A stretch of 58,264 nucleotides of DNA, filler included, from Sphacelaria rigidula (taxonomy: Eukaryota), in the NCBI GenBank assembly GCA_964200075.2. It is 8 parts of 8 records of this genome, joined end to end, with 100 filler letters (N's around TTAATTAATTAA, not from the genome) between each part and the next. Parts side by side here need not be neighbours in the genome. Positions count along the whole stretch, not along the records: positions 7,297 to 14,492 come from CAXNAA020016016.1; positions 14,593 to 21,788 come from CAXNAA020016017.1; positions 21,889 to 29,084 come from CAXNAA020016018.1; 5 more parts are not named here. One strand, 5' to 3'. Below the pieces are notes generated by a model. It was not told the DNA's origin, did no database searches, and saw nothing but the letters and a program-made list of their open reading frames with translations. Positions 10,221 to 23,605 of the stretch are shown here, in pieces. Positions within the stretch are counted from its first letter, which is position 1, and each line of letters begins with the position of its first letter. The position numbers and the translations under genes were made by a program.

Positions 10221-12066
10221 ATAATAGGCCTATTTCTTAATAGTGACCCATCGTGAGAGTATTGAAGTTGCAGGTGAAAACCTCCGCATTTTGATCGACC
10301 GGCGCTCCACGTTCGAAAACCGAAAGTCCAACATGCGTTTTTGGGTGACTATTACCGTAGTACGCACTGCTACAGGACCTCGCTCATTCGATGGCCAACA
10401 CTCGCAGGTTAACAAAATGTCGATTACTCGTAACCGTCGCACAGAACAGTCTATTTGAGTATGATGTGTTTCGAGGTAAATAAAAAATGCACTGCTGCTG
10501 TGCGACGGTAACATTTATACTTGGAAGTATATATATATATATATATATTTGTGTGTATGATGTGTCGCGTGTGTGTTGGTTACACCAGTACCCAACTCCT
10601 TAACCCCTACATAGCGAAGTCCCCGCAGCCGGACTGGACTGAAATGGATTATGCAACATTTGGGGTTCAGCACAGCTCTTTTCACGCTACACAAAACGCC
10701 TTTTTCATAATCATGTGGATGCTGGGCATCTGTATCGAGAACAGTTCCGGAGAACCCCTGACCGATTTTGACCTTGCAATCAATCTATAGCGTGCGGAGT
10801 CAGTGTCTATGCGGTATATTTCCGCTGCATACAACGGCAAAAAACCGTCGGGAGTACCATCGCCCTCCACCGAACACAAGTCCCTGCATGCTGATGATTC
10901 CTCTGCTTAGTGTTCGACAGCAACACTCCAGACGGTGTAAAGCTATGCTGGCAACACATGAAGTATCAGGCAGGCGACACAGATCACGAGCAAAGTACAA
11001 AATATATTATTTGTGCCCCTGTTATCTACGGTTGAATTGCCGTGACCAGAATGAGGAATACGGCTAGACAGCGAAGTAGTCCCACCTATAGTCCACCTGT
11101 CGGAGAACTACGTGCTCATTTTGACAGCCGTCATTGGTCAGAATAGTCATTCTGCGCCTCTCGGGCCTCGTTCCTGGCTTTGAATTTTCCGCGGGTAACT
11201 TGCAAACACAGACGGTTGACTTGGTGAGCTTGCCGGCTGCTCTACGGACAGACCCCCCCCCCCCCTTCCCTCAACCCCCCCCGCCCACTAGAAACCCCCG
11301 AATGCCTTCAGACTGCCAGCCTATGAAACTGTTCCGAAGCGACGCTCGCGGTCTAAGGATTAACCCTTTCGGCACTGGCGATGGATGAGTGTGGATTCCG
11401 AGGTGCTGCTTTTTTAACGACATATGGTTTGAGTTTTTACAGCTTTCACGCAAAACTAATAGCCCGAGGCATGTTCTTCAGACCCGTATAAAAATTTGCC
11501 CCAGTGCTCCACGGGACTCAATATGTAGAAAGTAGAAAGGTGGTACCGATTTTTGTTTGTATGAACTTCAGGAACGCAAGTGCTGATTTTGGCTGTGCGC
11601 ACAAACTTGAACAAAATTGGCCCGTTGTGTCCCCTAACGGGACAAAACTAATCCGACCGCACCGGGGCGACATTTTCGGTGTTCGAATCCTTATGCTGCT
11701 GGATTCTTCTGTGGTATTCTGCCATAAAAGTGGGTGCCGTCGTTCTTTGCTGTTCCCATCTTCTCTTCTTTGTCAGGTGTTGAAATAATGAGGTGTCTGG
11801 CCCGGGGACGGAAGGGGAGGGGTTCCCAAAGAGTTAATTGCACATGCTTAAATTTTAGTCATTATTAAATTATGCCACTCGCCAGGATATTTTCGATTCT
11901 GCAGAGCACGTGGTTAATAGCTCCTACTCTTCTTCATTTGTTCTGTACTATCTTGGGGGAATTAATCTTCGTACACATACCCGTACTCTGGCAGGACATA
12001 TCCCTGAAATGCCCCGCAGCAGCGGCTCATGAGTACTGACTACATGTGGGTGATGGAATACTTTAC

Positions 12067-12156
12067 CTTGTACGGCATCGACGAAAGGGCTCGCGTGAGA
12101 TCCCAGAGGTACTGTCCCGTCTCCGCGCTGTCTTTGGTGAGCCGTGTCTCGGCATC
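12067..12156 (-). CDS. Candidate internal exon of an unknown gene
   Basis: Boundaries gatag|...AAG|gtaaag, 90 nt, phase 0-0, encoding DAETRLTKDSAETGQYLWDLTRALSSMPYK. No family recognised. Confidence 0.4.
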
Positions 12157-13757
12157 CTATCGATCCAAGCAAGCGTTGGAAAGAGACAAGAAAATGACAG
12201 AACGAGGAACAATGAGTGCATGTATATGTATATATTGTGATTTGATTGATGTGATTATTTGATTTGTTTTGATTTTGATTGATTTTATCGATTGATTTGA
12301 TCTCAATTGGTTAGTTGATTGATTTTATTGATTGTCGCACGTTGACCGATCTCCGAGGGACCGAAGCGTAGTCATTATCCGCTGTATAGACGTGCATACC
12401 CAAGGTAAACGAAACCGAAACGCTCGCGTCCAAAGCAAAACTTAACGAAGGAGGGAAGCGAATAAAGATGGAACACACGGAGTCGAACTGGAAAATAACG
12501 AGATACAAACGAGACAGACAGCAAGAATAGAAAAAAAAAAAAGCGGAAAGACGGGCGAAAAAGGAAGAATAAGGACACGAATAGGCAATCCAGCCCCGAT
12601 GAAGGTCATACATACTGCATAGATACCACTGAGGATACCACCCTTGGAAGGTAGGGACGATACAGCCATGCTACGTCAGGGAGGGAGGTGGTATTTAAGT
12701 CACTTCTTCCAATTCTTCCACTTCAAATCGTGATTGAAAGCAGCAACGGTTGTTCGAACGCACTTGTTACTGAAAAAGTGACGTTCAGTCATACTGCTTC
12801 ACATCGTTTTTACCCAAATGCCGGCGTACCGCGAGTGTGTTAGGCGTCGACATACCCATAAGCCCTCTTCCTCGTGGAATCAACCCCCCCACCCCCCCCG
12901 CCCCCCCAACCCCTAACGTAGCATGCCTCGATGCCCTTGTGTGTTCGTTGTCGTATGCGTCATACTTCAGTGTGTTTGTGAAGCTAGGCGAGGCCTCGGG
13001 TATGGACAAAAGGAGAAGGAGAGCAGTGTCGACTGAACAACGTTGGGCGATAGGTCAGCCTCACCCGTCTGCGGAGTATGACGTCATTCCGGTGATGGAA
13101 ATGGACAATGACCCTAGGTGACGGTACATCCCATCCTTCAAAAACATTACAGGAAACTTGTCGGGGAAAGGTACCGGCCTCATGTAGATGTCCTAGGACC
13201 CTCGTTGAAAAGGGGAACACCACTCAGTCGTCGCGCGTGAGACTTCAGTGACGAAACAGGACTGAAAAAATAAACGTTGCGCAAAAAAGTGGCAAAAAAA
13301 ACGGGAAAAAATCGCTGAAGGGTGATGAGTATGCTCGACACAAAAAACGGATGCGAAAGAAAAAAAAAGGGGGAAGAGAGAGGGGAGAGAAGAATAACAT
13401 AGAGCAGACTGGAAAACATCATGTCCCGTGTGCCACATTGCACCCGGTTCATTGTTGTCTTCAGAAATCGTCATGGCGGATCGCAGTCGAACATATCAGA
13501 CCCCCCCATGGTCTGTGTATGTTGCAAATACGAGAAGAATCAGCTCCACGATCCATTCTGATTGAGTGAGTGAGTGAGTGAGTGAGTGAGTGACATATTG
13601 CCCTGACTAACCCCCCAGGGACCCAGGCATAGTCACGTAACAGACATACCCGACACAACACAAAATGAAAACACTCGCTCCCGCGAATCAATTTTTTAAG
13701 CTCGTGCACGTCGCTATATATTGCGCTGCCGTTTGCCGCGGAAAAAGCCGTTATTAA

Positions 13758-13998
13758 CCCTTTTGGAACTCGCGGGAAACAGGACAAACTCCCATATGCG
13801 AGCTTTCGTCACCTGGAAAACGTCACTTGGAGTTCGGTGCACGAATCTGTCACATTCGTATACTTGAACTTAAAGTGGTACACGGTTTTGGTGGGCTGCA
13901 TCATCATCATCATCAACACTTGCAGAAAAACAACCATATCTTACTCAAGAAATCGTCAATTGTAATTCGTCATTTTTCCATCAACGGCTCCAAAAGGG
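13758..13998. mobile_element. piggyBac-like MITE. Related sequence at ~28244-28630; a second similar terminus starts at 14007
   Basis: TTAA|cccttttgga ... tccaaaaggg|TTAT. The internal sequence gagttcggtgc.cgaat.tgtcacat...ttttggtgggctgcatc is shared with contig 4. Confidence 0.6.
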
Positions 13999-14656
13999 TT
14001 ATATAACCCTTTAGGAACCCGGTGACGACTACATTTGTCCCATCCAAAAAATTAAACCTCACGTACTTCAATGGTTTTTACAAATGTGACACGTGTGTAA
14101 CGTGTATATCCCTGGGATTTTTAGCTCTTTTACCATCATTATTATTCTTATTTCCGCACATTAGTCCGATCTCGCGAACCCGTGGCCAAAGACGTGGGCT
14201 CGCCTTTTCAATACCGTCCCTGCTATTCCTTACGAGATATGTGACCCAAAATAAAAATAAGAGGAGGAACGCCACGAAAACCGCTGAGAAGTAGCTTCCC
14301 CGAGTTCAACGGGGAGAGAAAAGAAAGAAAAACAAACAAAACAACAAACGTCAGATCTGCCGAAAATATACACCGAAAGAGTGAAGCCAAATCGTGTGAA
14401 AACGCGCCTCCAGCACGGCGCCTCCAGCGGGGCCCCCGTCCGGCGGAGTCCCCTTTGCCGGGGGAGGGGGGGGGGGGGGGGGCCTCACGATCNNNNNNNN
14501 NNNNNNNNNNNNNNNNNNNNNNNNNNNNNNNNNNNNTTAATTAATTAANNNNNNNNNNNNNNNNNNNNNNNNNNNNNNNNNNNNNNNNNNNNCTGTTATA
14601 TACACCCACCGTCCGGGTAGGATAAGTCACACTCACTGTCCGACTGTGTCTTATAT

Positions 14657-14671
14657 TGGCGTCTTGACGGC
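14657..14671 (+). promoter_or_regulatory. Putative primer-binding site
   Basis: TGGCGTCTTGACGGC begins with TGG (complement of tRNA CCA) and lies ~35 nt before the gag ATG. Confidence 0.55.
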
Positions 14672-14690
14672 AGCGATCTAAGATCTGATC

Positions 14691-16289
14691 ATGTCAAATC
14701 CTCACTCCATCGACACCCTATTCAGCCACGGTCTTTACTTTGAGCCAGCTGACACTGCTGACACCATGCCCAACTCTGGTACCGAAGAGTCCAAGGGTAA
14801 CACCCCGGCTGACACCCCGCACGAATACATTCCCCTAGCCGCCGCGCATCCGTCCCCACAGACTGCAGCCATGGCAGCAGCAGCAGCAGCAGCAGCTGCA
14901 GCAGCCGAGCCGTCTCAGCCGACCCCCTCTTCCACGGCGTCATCTGCCTCACTTCGGACCACCACGTGACCCCCAACCGCTACCACGTTATCTCCCCGCG
15001 CCACTTCCTCTTCCACGTCGACTTCAACCTCCGACGCACGCAACGACGCGATGACTGCAATGTGGCGTACCGTACAACTCGAGTTCGAGAAGGTCAACTA
15101 TGGTCAAATCCCCGAGGTATCTGCACATGTCCGACAAATTACATCAGATCTTGCCAAAGTGTCCCGTACTGTGACTCGTTGCGGCGGTAGCTTAGTTGAT
15201 GCTGTAGCAGATCGTTTGGCTACGGTGATGGCTGACCATCCTCAGAAGGTGTGTCATATAACACCAGCTGACCTCAAACACTGCCCGCGCATCACTGATG
15301 CTACAAGTAGAGATCTTCCCGAGGATCTGAGTAGTTACCGTATTAAAGTTGGCTTCAAAGCTAAATCTGTACGCCCCAACGACCCATCTTACGGCGATGT
15401 CCTGGCCTACGAACACCTCTCTCTTATCCTCGATGGGGGTAGCTTGTTGGTGTATAATCAGTTAATGGAAGGCCAGATTGATTGGGAGTCAGACCGTGTC
15501 ACGCCAGATGATGTGCGTTCCAAAGGTTCATTCGAACCCCCACGCACATGGGGGCAGTTGGCGTCGGCATTTTTAGATTTGCTCATGCCAGCAAATGGTG
15601 TGCAAGAACACGCTCGTGCAATTGCAACCTTTACTCAGTTACCAACGGAATCTGTACAGGGTTACGTAACCCGGTACCGTCAACTCCTCCGCCGATACGA
15701 GTCCGTTGTCAAACGGGCGCCTGGCACCGATAACACTTGGACAGCTTTTACCGTTTATATGTGGTCGAACGGGCTCAAACCCGCCGTTCGCCACACTTCT
15801 ACAACACAGAAACCAGCAGTTACTTTGCAGGAGGCTGTCGATCGTGCCCGTAACATCGAAGCCCGTAACACGTCTACGCACACCGTTTCATCCGTCACTT
15901 TTTCGTCTCCCGTCACACTACGTGGCGAACGAAAAAACAAATCGGACCGTACACGAAAATCACCGTCCCCGGACCCTCCCACCTCTCCTAGGTTATGCGG
16001 CTGCCGTAGGTGCACTCGCTCCCACACTCATCACTGTGATGAGTGCCTAGACCACCTCGCTATCGAGGATCCGCGTGCGTACAAAATTTTCCTTGATAAG
16101 ATACGCGCTCGGAAAAAGGCCGCTACTCAAACGGCCTCCCCGCAAAAGAAGAGTAAGACAGGCAAGGCGAGGGCAAGCAAACCAACTGGGAAGCCGAAGG
16201 CGAGGGCGACCAAACCAGCGGCGACGCCGGCACCAGCACCCACGGCCCCGACTCCCCCATCTTCGGACGAAGAGCAGGATAGCGGCTAA
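14691..16289 (+). pseudogene. gag: Gypsy gag with one in-frame TGA at 14967-14969
   Basis: ORFs 14691..14969 and 15051..16289 share a frame with no other stop. There is a gag motif (FTQLPTESVQGYVTRYRQL...GLKPAVR) and a variant Zn knuckle (CRRCTRSHTHHCDEC). Confidence 0.85.
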
Positions 16290-19200
16290 AGGTGCCCAGC
16301 CAGGAGGCCGTCATCACTGGTAGGGAGTACCCCCCCTAGTAGCAAATTAGTAGCTAGTTGGGACGTCCGGCGGCGTAAAGCTCGGCTTTCGTCAGTATCC
16401 CGTCAGTGTGTGTATTTGTCCGACTCGTGTCATGGTGTAGTCGTCCCGGCAGTTGGTTCTGGTACTGCAATCAGTCTTGCCGGAAAGCCACGTCACCCTA
16501 TCACACCTGACTCGTCTCATGTATCATTTGTCGCTACAGTAACACCAGATTTTCCGTCTCCACCTCGGAAAAAGTCAAAATCTGGTACTGTAGCCCCGCC
16601 TGTCAAGCCCGTGCATGACAATGTCAACCGGCCGCCGTCCGCGCCCGATCCAGTCAGTAAAGATGATACGCACACACTTTGGTACACTTCCTCGCTGTGT
16701 TCACAGCGTGGACCGTTGTCACTTGCTTTTTCCTCGAGACGCGTTCGCATCTCAGGATCGGTTGGTCCAGTTGAGGTTATAGGTATAACTGTCGACACTG
16801 CAAACTGACTGTTCAGTTTGTTCCGCTGCATGGTTGAAATCCCACCCCATGTTGGAGAAATTGCCAGTGTCCCCCGTACCCCCGGCAGCCGTGTCGCTCC
16901 GTGCAGAAAACGGTTCGCCGATACATGTCCTTGGGTTCGTGGCGTTTTCATTAACCCTTGGTCAAGTCACACGTCGCGTTGAAGCACTTGTTGTTCCTTC
17001 GTTAGGTCCTGATACCTTACTACTTGACAACAACTGCATGTCAAAATTCGGCGCCACCCTCGACTGGTCTAGTCAAACGTTGTCTTTTTCTAAGGGTAAT
17101 CAAACTATCCTCGCAGTACATCGTAGTCCACAGTCAGTCCTGCCTTCAAGTAAAACACAGTCCACTGTAGCAGCAGTACATGTTGATGCTCCACAAGTAC
17201 CTGTCACTTTACTAGAGCGTGTTACTGTCCGACCTCTACACGAAGCACTACTCCTAGCATTCACGGGTTGTCGTCCCCTGCGTGATTATACTGTCGTTGT
17301 TGAACCTAGTTTAGTCACCGCAGATGAAAAGTCTAGAGTAGACCGTCCCGTCGTCTTCGAGTCGTTGATAGTTGCGCGTACCTTGTCCCACTGGTCAGTG
17401 ATAGATGGTTCTGTCGTAGTGCAAGTTGCAAACACATCGTCTGAAGCCGTGTCTTTACCCATAATAGGCTTGGTTCTTGGTACCCTGTACACTGTCACTG
17501 TAGTCGATCCCGCTCAACTACACGTAAATGCAGTAGCCGAAAGTCCCTCCACTCCCGTCGAGTTGCAATAAGCTAAGGATGACCTCCAAGAACCCCTGGC
17601 TTCTGCTTTCAATGATTTTACCTTCACAGTAGAACAGCAGAATCGTGTCCGTGATTTATGTGCTGAATTTCGGCCGGTGTTTTCACTGTCTATGCAAGAG
17701 CTTGGTACTTGCACTGTGGCGGAAGCCACTTTTCCTGTCCCGGAAAATACTGTACCTGTCGACAAACCACCATATCGTTCCAACCCCCTTACAGCCGAAG
17801 CCATCGAGAAATGTGTCAAAGATATGCTGGAATGGAAAATCATTGAAGAGCGCCCTAGCGCTTGGGGTTCCCCGTCATGTATAGTCGAAAAGAAGGATGG
17901 CTCACCAAGATTTTGCGTGGACTATCGTAACACCCTAAACAAGTATCTAATCCGCAAATCTTGGCCCTTGCCCAACATGGATACGTGTTTGGACGCCGTC
18001 GGGGGTGCTCGTTTCATCACGGTCGCGGACGTCATGTCGGCCTTCTGGCAACTTCCGGGCGCAGCTGAGGGTGTAGATAGGACAGCTTTTTCACTACCCC
18101 GTCCGGTAAATTTGTGTTTCTACGCATGCCGTTTGGTGTCATGTCTGCCCCTTGGTTGTATCAACGTATGCTGTCTATTGTCTATAGACATCTGGGTCCA
18201 GGCTCTGGTATTCTGTGTTACATTGATGATATTTTGTGTATCAGTAACACATTTGACGAACACCTCAAGTCCCTTCGTCTCATGTTTTCTGCATTACAAT
18301 CAGCAGATCTGACCCTCAAACCGTCGAAAATTCAGTTCGGTCCCAAGGAAGTTACGTATCTAGGTCACGTCATTACTGCCGAAGGTGTCTCCATCGATAA
18401 AGACCACATCAAAGCCATCTGCGACCTCGAACCCCCGAAGTCAATCAAACAACTTCGGTCAGTTTTAGGTATGGTCAACTTTGTCAGGCGTTTTATCAAG
18501 GACTACGCCGAAATCACTGGTCCCCTTGTCTCTCTCACACAAGAAGGCTGTGAAAAGAAACATAACTTTTTGGAAGCTTGGGGACCTGAACAGTCTGCAG
18601 CTTTTGACCACATCGAGCGTGTGTGATCAGCTGCACCAGTCTTGAAACTTCCGGATTTCACAAAAGAGTTTGTTGTACACACAGACGCCTCAGAGGTTGC
18701 TATGGGTGGTTTTCTTGGGAACACCACCTCAAACTCTCAATCCCTCGATGATGTTAGTATCATCGCGTATTTTGGTAGACGCTTTTCCAGGTCTCAGCGT
18801 CACTATAGCCCTACACATGAAGAATGTTGCGGCGTAGTCTCAACGCTTATGCATTTTCGCCCGTATTTATGGGGCAGACATTTACGGTCTACACGGATCA
18901 TCAAGCACTGTGTCATCTTTATCAGATGCAAGACACGAGTAACATGCTGACACGTCGGTCGATTCAACTGCAAAGTTTTGATTTTACGGTGAAGCATGTC
19001 CCGGGTAAATTAAATGCTGTATCCGATGCGTTGTCACGTTTGTTTGGCGATACAAACGGTGAGGATGCTGTCACAAAACCTCGCCTAGCGGCAATTTGTC
19101 GGAATGTACCCGACGATCAACCGTACCATTCACCGTCACCTCGTGAGTTTGAGATTTCAGCTCACAACCTGAATGATATCGCCCCCGTTGAAAGTGATCG

Positions 19201-20842
19201 TGACCTTTTCTCGAGCGCTGTGTCAGTATTTCCCCTTGTTGATCCCGACCAGTTCACCGCCCAACAGGAAGCAGAGTACGGTTGATATTTTGCATACCTG
19301 CGTAACCCAGAGTCTAGTCCACTCCCGCGTAAAGAAACCAAGTACACAATGAGTCATTTCTTCCTTCTGGAAGGACGGCTTTTCAGGTCATACCTACAGG
19401 GTAATTTGCGTAAACGATCGGATTTTCGCGATCAGTTGGTAGTTCCCACCACATTTCGGTCGTTAGTAATTAACGCATGTCACGATTTGCCTGCGTCAGG
19501 TGGTCACTTGGCCTCCAAAGCCACCTTTGACCGGATTAGAGACCGCTATTGGTGGCCTTCTATCCATGCCGATGTTCGACGTCATATTGATCATTGTCAG
19601 TCATGTCTACACCGTAAAACGTCTCGCCGCACACCGCAATTCCCCATGGGATATCGGGAAGTCACCCGCGTATTTCAGTGTGTAGCAGTAGACTTTGTCG
19701 AGTACAAAACCCTCTCTCGAGGTAACCGTTACATCATGTTTGTGATCGACCATTTAACACGGTTCGTCGTTCTGATAGCAGTGCCTGACACACTCGCGAC
19801 CACTGTCGCCCGTCAGCTTGTCACACGTGCTATCTCTGTCTTTGGTCCACTCGAGACCTTACATTCTGATCTCGGAAGGGAGTTCGAAAACCAACTTGTC
19901 AATGAACTCCAAACTGTCTTCGGGTATAAGAAACCGCGTACCTCTGCCTACCGTCCCCAAGGCAACTCTGTTCTCGAGCGTGTTCATAGTACCGTACACA
20001 ACATGCTCGCAGTGTACAGTGATATTGCACGTCGCAATTGGGCTGATTTTCTGCCATTCGTACAACTCGCGCATAATACTGCCTACTCTGCCACCCCGCA
20101 AGAAACGCCGCATTTTCTCATGTTCGGTCGCCCTGCAGTGTTGCCGGTAGATGTCATTCTCGGCGTCCCGTCGACATCGGCTCCACAGTCTTCGTTGGGT
20201 TATACTAGGCAGACCGTCGAGCGGTTACAACTCGCGTATGAGTTAGCCCGACGTAATCTTAAAGAGCGAGCTGATTCACAAGCATCCATGAATGCTAAGT
20301 TGTCGTTTCCCCAGTTCAAAATGGGAGAACAAGTTCTGCTCCACCACCCGTACACTACAACTGATGGACCTAACCCTAAGCTCGTCAGCCCATGGCGTGG
20401 TCCTTACACTGTCCGTGCTCAGTTGTCTCCCGTCCTGTACCGCGTCAGTAAAGATGGTGAGATGTCTCAGGTCACTGTTCATCTCGGAAGGTTGAGAAAA
20501 TACCGCCCGCCTCTCGATTCGTCCGTCCCCGATCTTTCAGATCCCGATGACTTGTTTTTAGGTACAAAGTTGCCAGTCCCCGACCTCGACGGTTTCCTCA
20601 ATGCAGTCAAGCTGGATCCCTACACGGTCGAAGGCATCGACGAACACAAGCGCGGAGTTGGCAGCTCGTCGTCGACAAATTACCAGTACCACCTTTTGTT
20701 GAAGGGTCATCCACCAGCGATGGGAGTTTGGAAGCATCATAGAGAAGTTCCGCAGTGCCGGGAAATGATAGAGTCGTACCGGGCAGTCACTTTGTCAGCG
20801 GATCCATCTGCGTTTGATGCTCCCCGTACAGTAAATAAGTAG
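16290..20842 (+). pseudogene. pol: Gypsy pol (protease, RT, RNase H, integrase, chromodomain)
   Basis: PR: VDTA at ~16790, frameshift at ~16802. RT: RFCVDYR, RMPFG, YIDD. RH: HTDAS, YTDH. IN: HHCC, VDF/HSDLG/LERVH and GPY. Chromodomain: YTVEGI...YHLLLKGH...VW at ~20621-20782. Stops at 17569, 18624 and 19283; frameshifts at ~18090 and ~18880. Confidence 0.93.
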
Positions 20843-21177
20843 CAGTGCCGTGAGTGCTACCAGTTGTCGTCAGTCTTTTTTTATGTTCTTGGCAAGTTGT
20901 TGCCCCGTCTTCTCGTGCCGTTTGTATATACTAGTTATAGCGGCACACGTCCTTGCCACTGGTGTTTCATACACCTCGTCTGGTCTTCGCCGTTGCGAAC
21001 CACGTCGAACATGGTTCACTCTGTCTTGTGTGTATCAACTAGGGTGATATACCGCACCCTCAGTTAGGACTTGGGTGTACATAGGTCTTCTTGTATACCA
21101 TCTGTTTTGTCGGGCCGACTGTCCACGTCCACCGTCGTGCGCCGACAGTCATGTGTCGCTTTCCTGGAGGTTTGGCC

Positions 21178-21788
21178 GGGGGGGTGATGTAGCAGTTATA
21201 GATCGTCGATCAATCTCGCTACCAAATCTACGTCCTCGAGAAGTATTTAAAAAAAGTGTTGTACTTTTATCTCTTGCCTCACTTTTCATGTAAGTCACAG
21301 GGAGTACCGCCTTGTTGTATTCATTCATTTTTTTTCTCGTTTACTCTCGCCACTGATTTTTTTGTTTTCGTTTTTGTTTGTTTGTTCATGTACCTTGTAC
21401 ACTCAAGTACCGTAAGCATTTGGGTATACTCAATTCATTTTTGTCTTGTGTCCTCGTTGAGTACAAATATGATCGTCTCAGAGTCAAGTGGTTCGTTGTT
21501 TCCGTATTTATTTCGCTGGTGAATACTGAACTTTGGTTCCCCGGATGTCAAGGCCGGCACGCTTCGCCACGGTGTGGTGGGCTCAGTGAGAACGTTAATA
21601 ATCTATGTTTATCTTCTCGGGATCTTCTGCTTCTCGAAATATGGGGAACAACCACCAGCCTCGCACCACTGATGGATTAAGACCCCAGTTGGTTGCAACG
21701 TTGCGTGTACTTTCACCCCTTCACCAATTTTTACTTACTCTTACCTCATGAAAACAGCCGATCATCTATGTTGAGGATGATGCTTTTT
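21178..21788 (+). repeat. Polypurine tract and truncated 3' LTR
   Basis: A G-run at 21178-21184 is followed by TG(ATG)TAGC and AT-rich non-coding sequence to the contig end. Confidence 0.7.
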
Positions 21789-22920
21789 NNNNNNNNNNNN
21801 NNNNNNNNNNNNNNNNNNNNNNNNNNNNNNNNTTAATTAATTAANNNNNNNNNNNNNNNNNNNNNNNNNNNNNNNNNNNNNNNNNNNNGAGAAAATATGG
21901 GCCCAAACTTGTGAGTAGATGGGCACCTTCCCCTTGATTGAACGATTAATACGATATGCGGATCACGGCCCAACTCGTCTGCGTCCATGAGATATTGCTT
22001 TTAGAGCTTCAATCCGTTTTTAGGCTGGCCCAGCCCGTGGCATTTGTTCATCGTAAACGGGTGGTCAAAATGCTCGGCTTGTTTCACTTTATGAGACTAT
22101 CCTGACTGGTTGACGATTGTTCCCAGATCCCGCGGAAATAGGAAATCGGACGTAAACATGACATCTTATCCGGATATCCGTCCGAAAAGGTTCACTCCAA
22201 GACCCCTCCGACTTGGGAAAAGTTGGCGGGGGAATTCTTTGTCAGTCCTACGCCAAAATGAAGAATAAAAAACTATGTATCGGAATGCCCGCTCTATATT
22301 TGTGAACGCCCGTACTTGGCCCACACACAAAAATCATAGCATTTTTTACCAGAAGCTTCGTTTGTTCATTTCTCGACCGTGGGTCGAGTCGCTGCCGTGA
22401 AACTTGGTGCACTTGTCGGACACAACACAGGCAGCATGTGCACCGGAGAACAGCTCATTTCGGCCGTGGAGCATATTAAACTAAGCAAAAACCGATATAC
22501 CGTCGATACGCCCTCAAGACGGCTATCTCGCAGCCCAGATTCTGTGCACCGTGAGTGACTGCATATGTTGACATGATCGTGCGCCCACTTCCACACCATC
22601 AGCACCTGGGAGGGTGTAGTGCTGGCAAAACATGGATCAGTACCGACACACCCTCTGGATACTGACAATATCTAGAAAAGTCGTACCGGCGTTGCATGTA
22701 AAGATGCTCAGCACGGGAGGCATGTTTGTATGCGCGCTGTCGTTGCTGCAAGGCGCTAACTTCGGTCACTTGTCATGAAAACCGCGATCAACAAGCCCGT
22801 GTGTCTAGATCTGGGGTTGGGCGTTGCAACAACAGTGCGCAAGGGAATGAAGAATGAAAGGAGCTCGGGTTCTAGTCTCTGATTTCTTAATTTTGGCGTG
22901 CGTAAGACTACTGTGTCTTA

Positions 22921-23286
22921 GACTATCTTGTATGGCACCCAATCCGTATTTGTACGAATATGAGGATTTCAGCCCGTCTACAGGCGATTTTCTCCCGTGA
23001 ATTGATTTTTCGGACCCCAGTCCCTTGAGCGATGTTTTTCGCCTAGCTCTGAGGAAACCGATTTGGGGGAGATGCGGGAGTATCCCGATCTGAGCAGAAA
23101 GGTGATGAACCAACATTCAACGTCCAGGGAATCGGGGACCCGAATCGGTTTCCTCAGAGCCAGGCGAAAAGCATTGTTCAAGGGACTTGGGGTCCGAAAA
23201 ATCAATCCACGGGAGAAAATCGCCTGTAGACGGGCTGAAATCCTCATATTTGCACAAATACCGAGTGGTTGCCATACTAGATGGTG
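22921..23286. mobile_element. MITE with ~145-bp TIRs and TTA TSD (PIF/Harbinger-like)
   Basis: TTA|gactatcttgtatggca...tgccatactagatggtg|TTA, with long near-perfect arms. Confidence 0.8.
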
Positions 23287-23605
23287 TTACTTACCCGGAT
23301 TAAGATTTGCCATCGGCCATCCGATATTCGCCCGGCACGACCGCAGAATTTGATGTCGTATTCTAAAGTCTTGGTGTAATCCCACAGCCGTATAGCTGAA
23401 GCCCACCGAGCCGTGATCGGCAGAGGGTCAGTCGTATGGACGTTCCCACAAAGAATGTTTTACCAGCGTTGGTGACGAGATAATCGGCTGATGATTAAAC
23501 CACAGAACCTGACGCGAGGCCCTGTCCGGCAGACTCCAGAGCCGAAGGTGCGCTCCGCCAGCGTCAGCCACGTGCCTGTCGAAACGTTCTCCGCAAGGAG
23601 GAAGA

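Larger units (their letters stand above)
14593..21788 (+). mobile_element. Ty3/Gypsy LTR retrotransposon with C-terminal chromodomain, near full-length and decayed
   Basis: Order is LTR end, PBS, gag, PR, RT, RH, IN, chromodomain, PPT, 3' LTR. There are several stops and frameshifts, and the contig breaks inside both LTRs. Confidence 0.95.
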
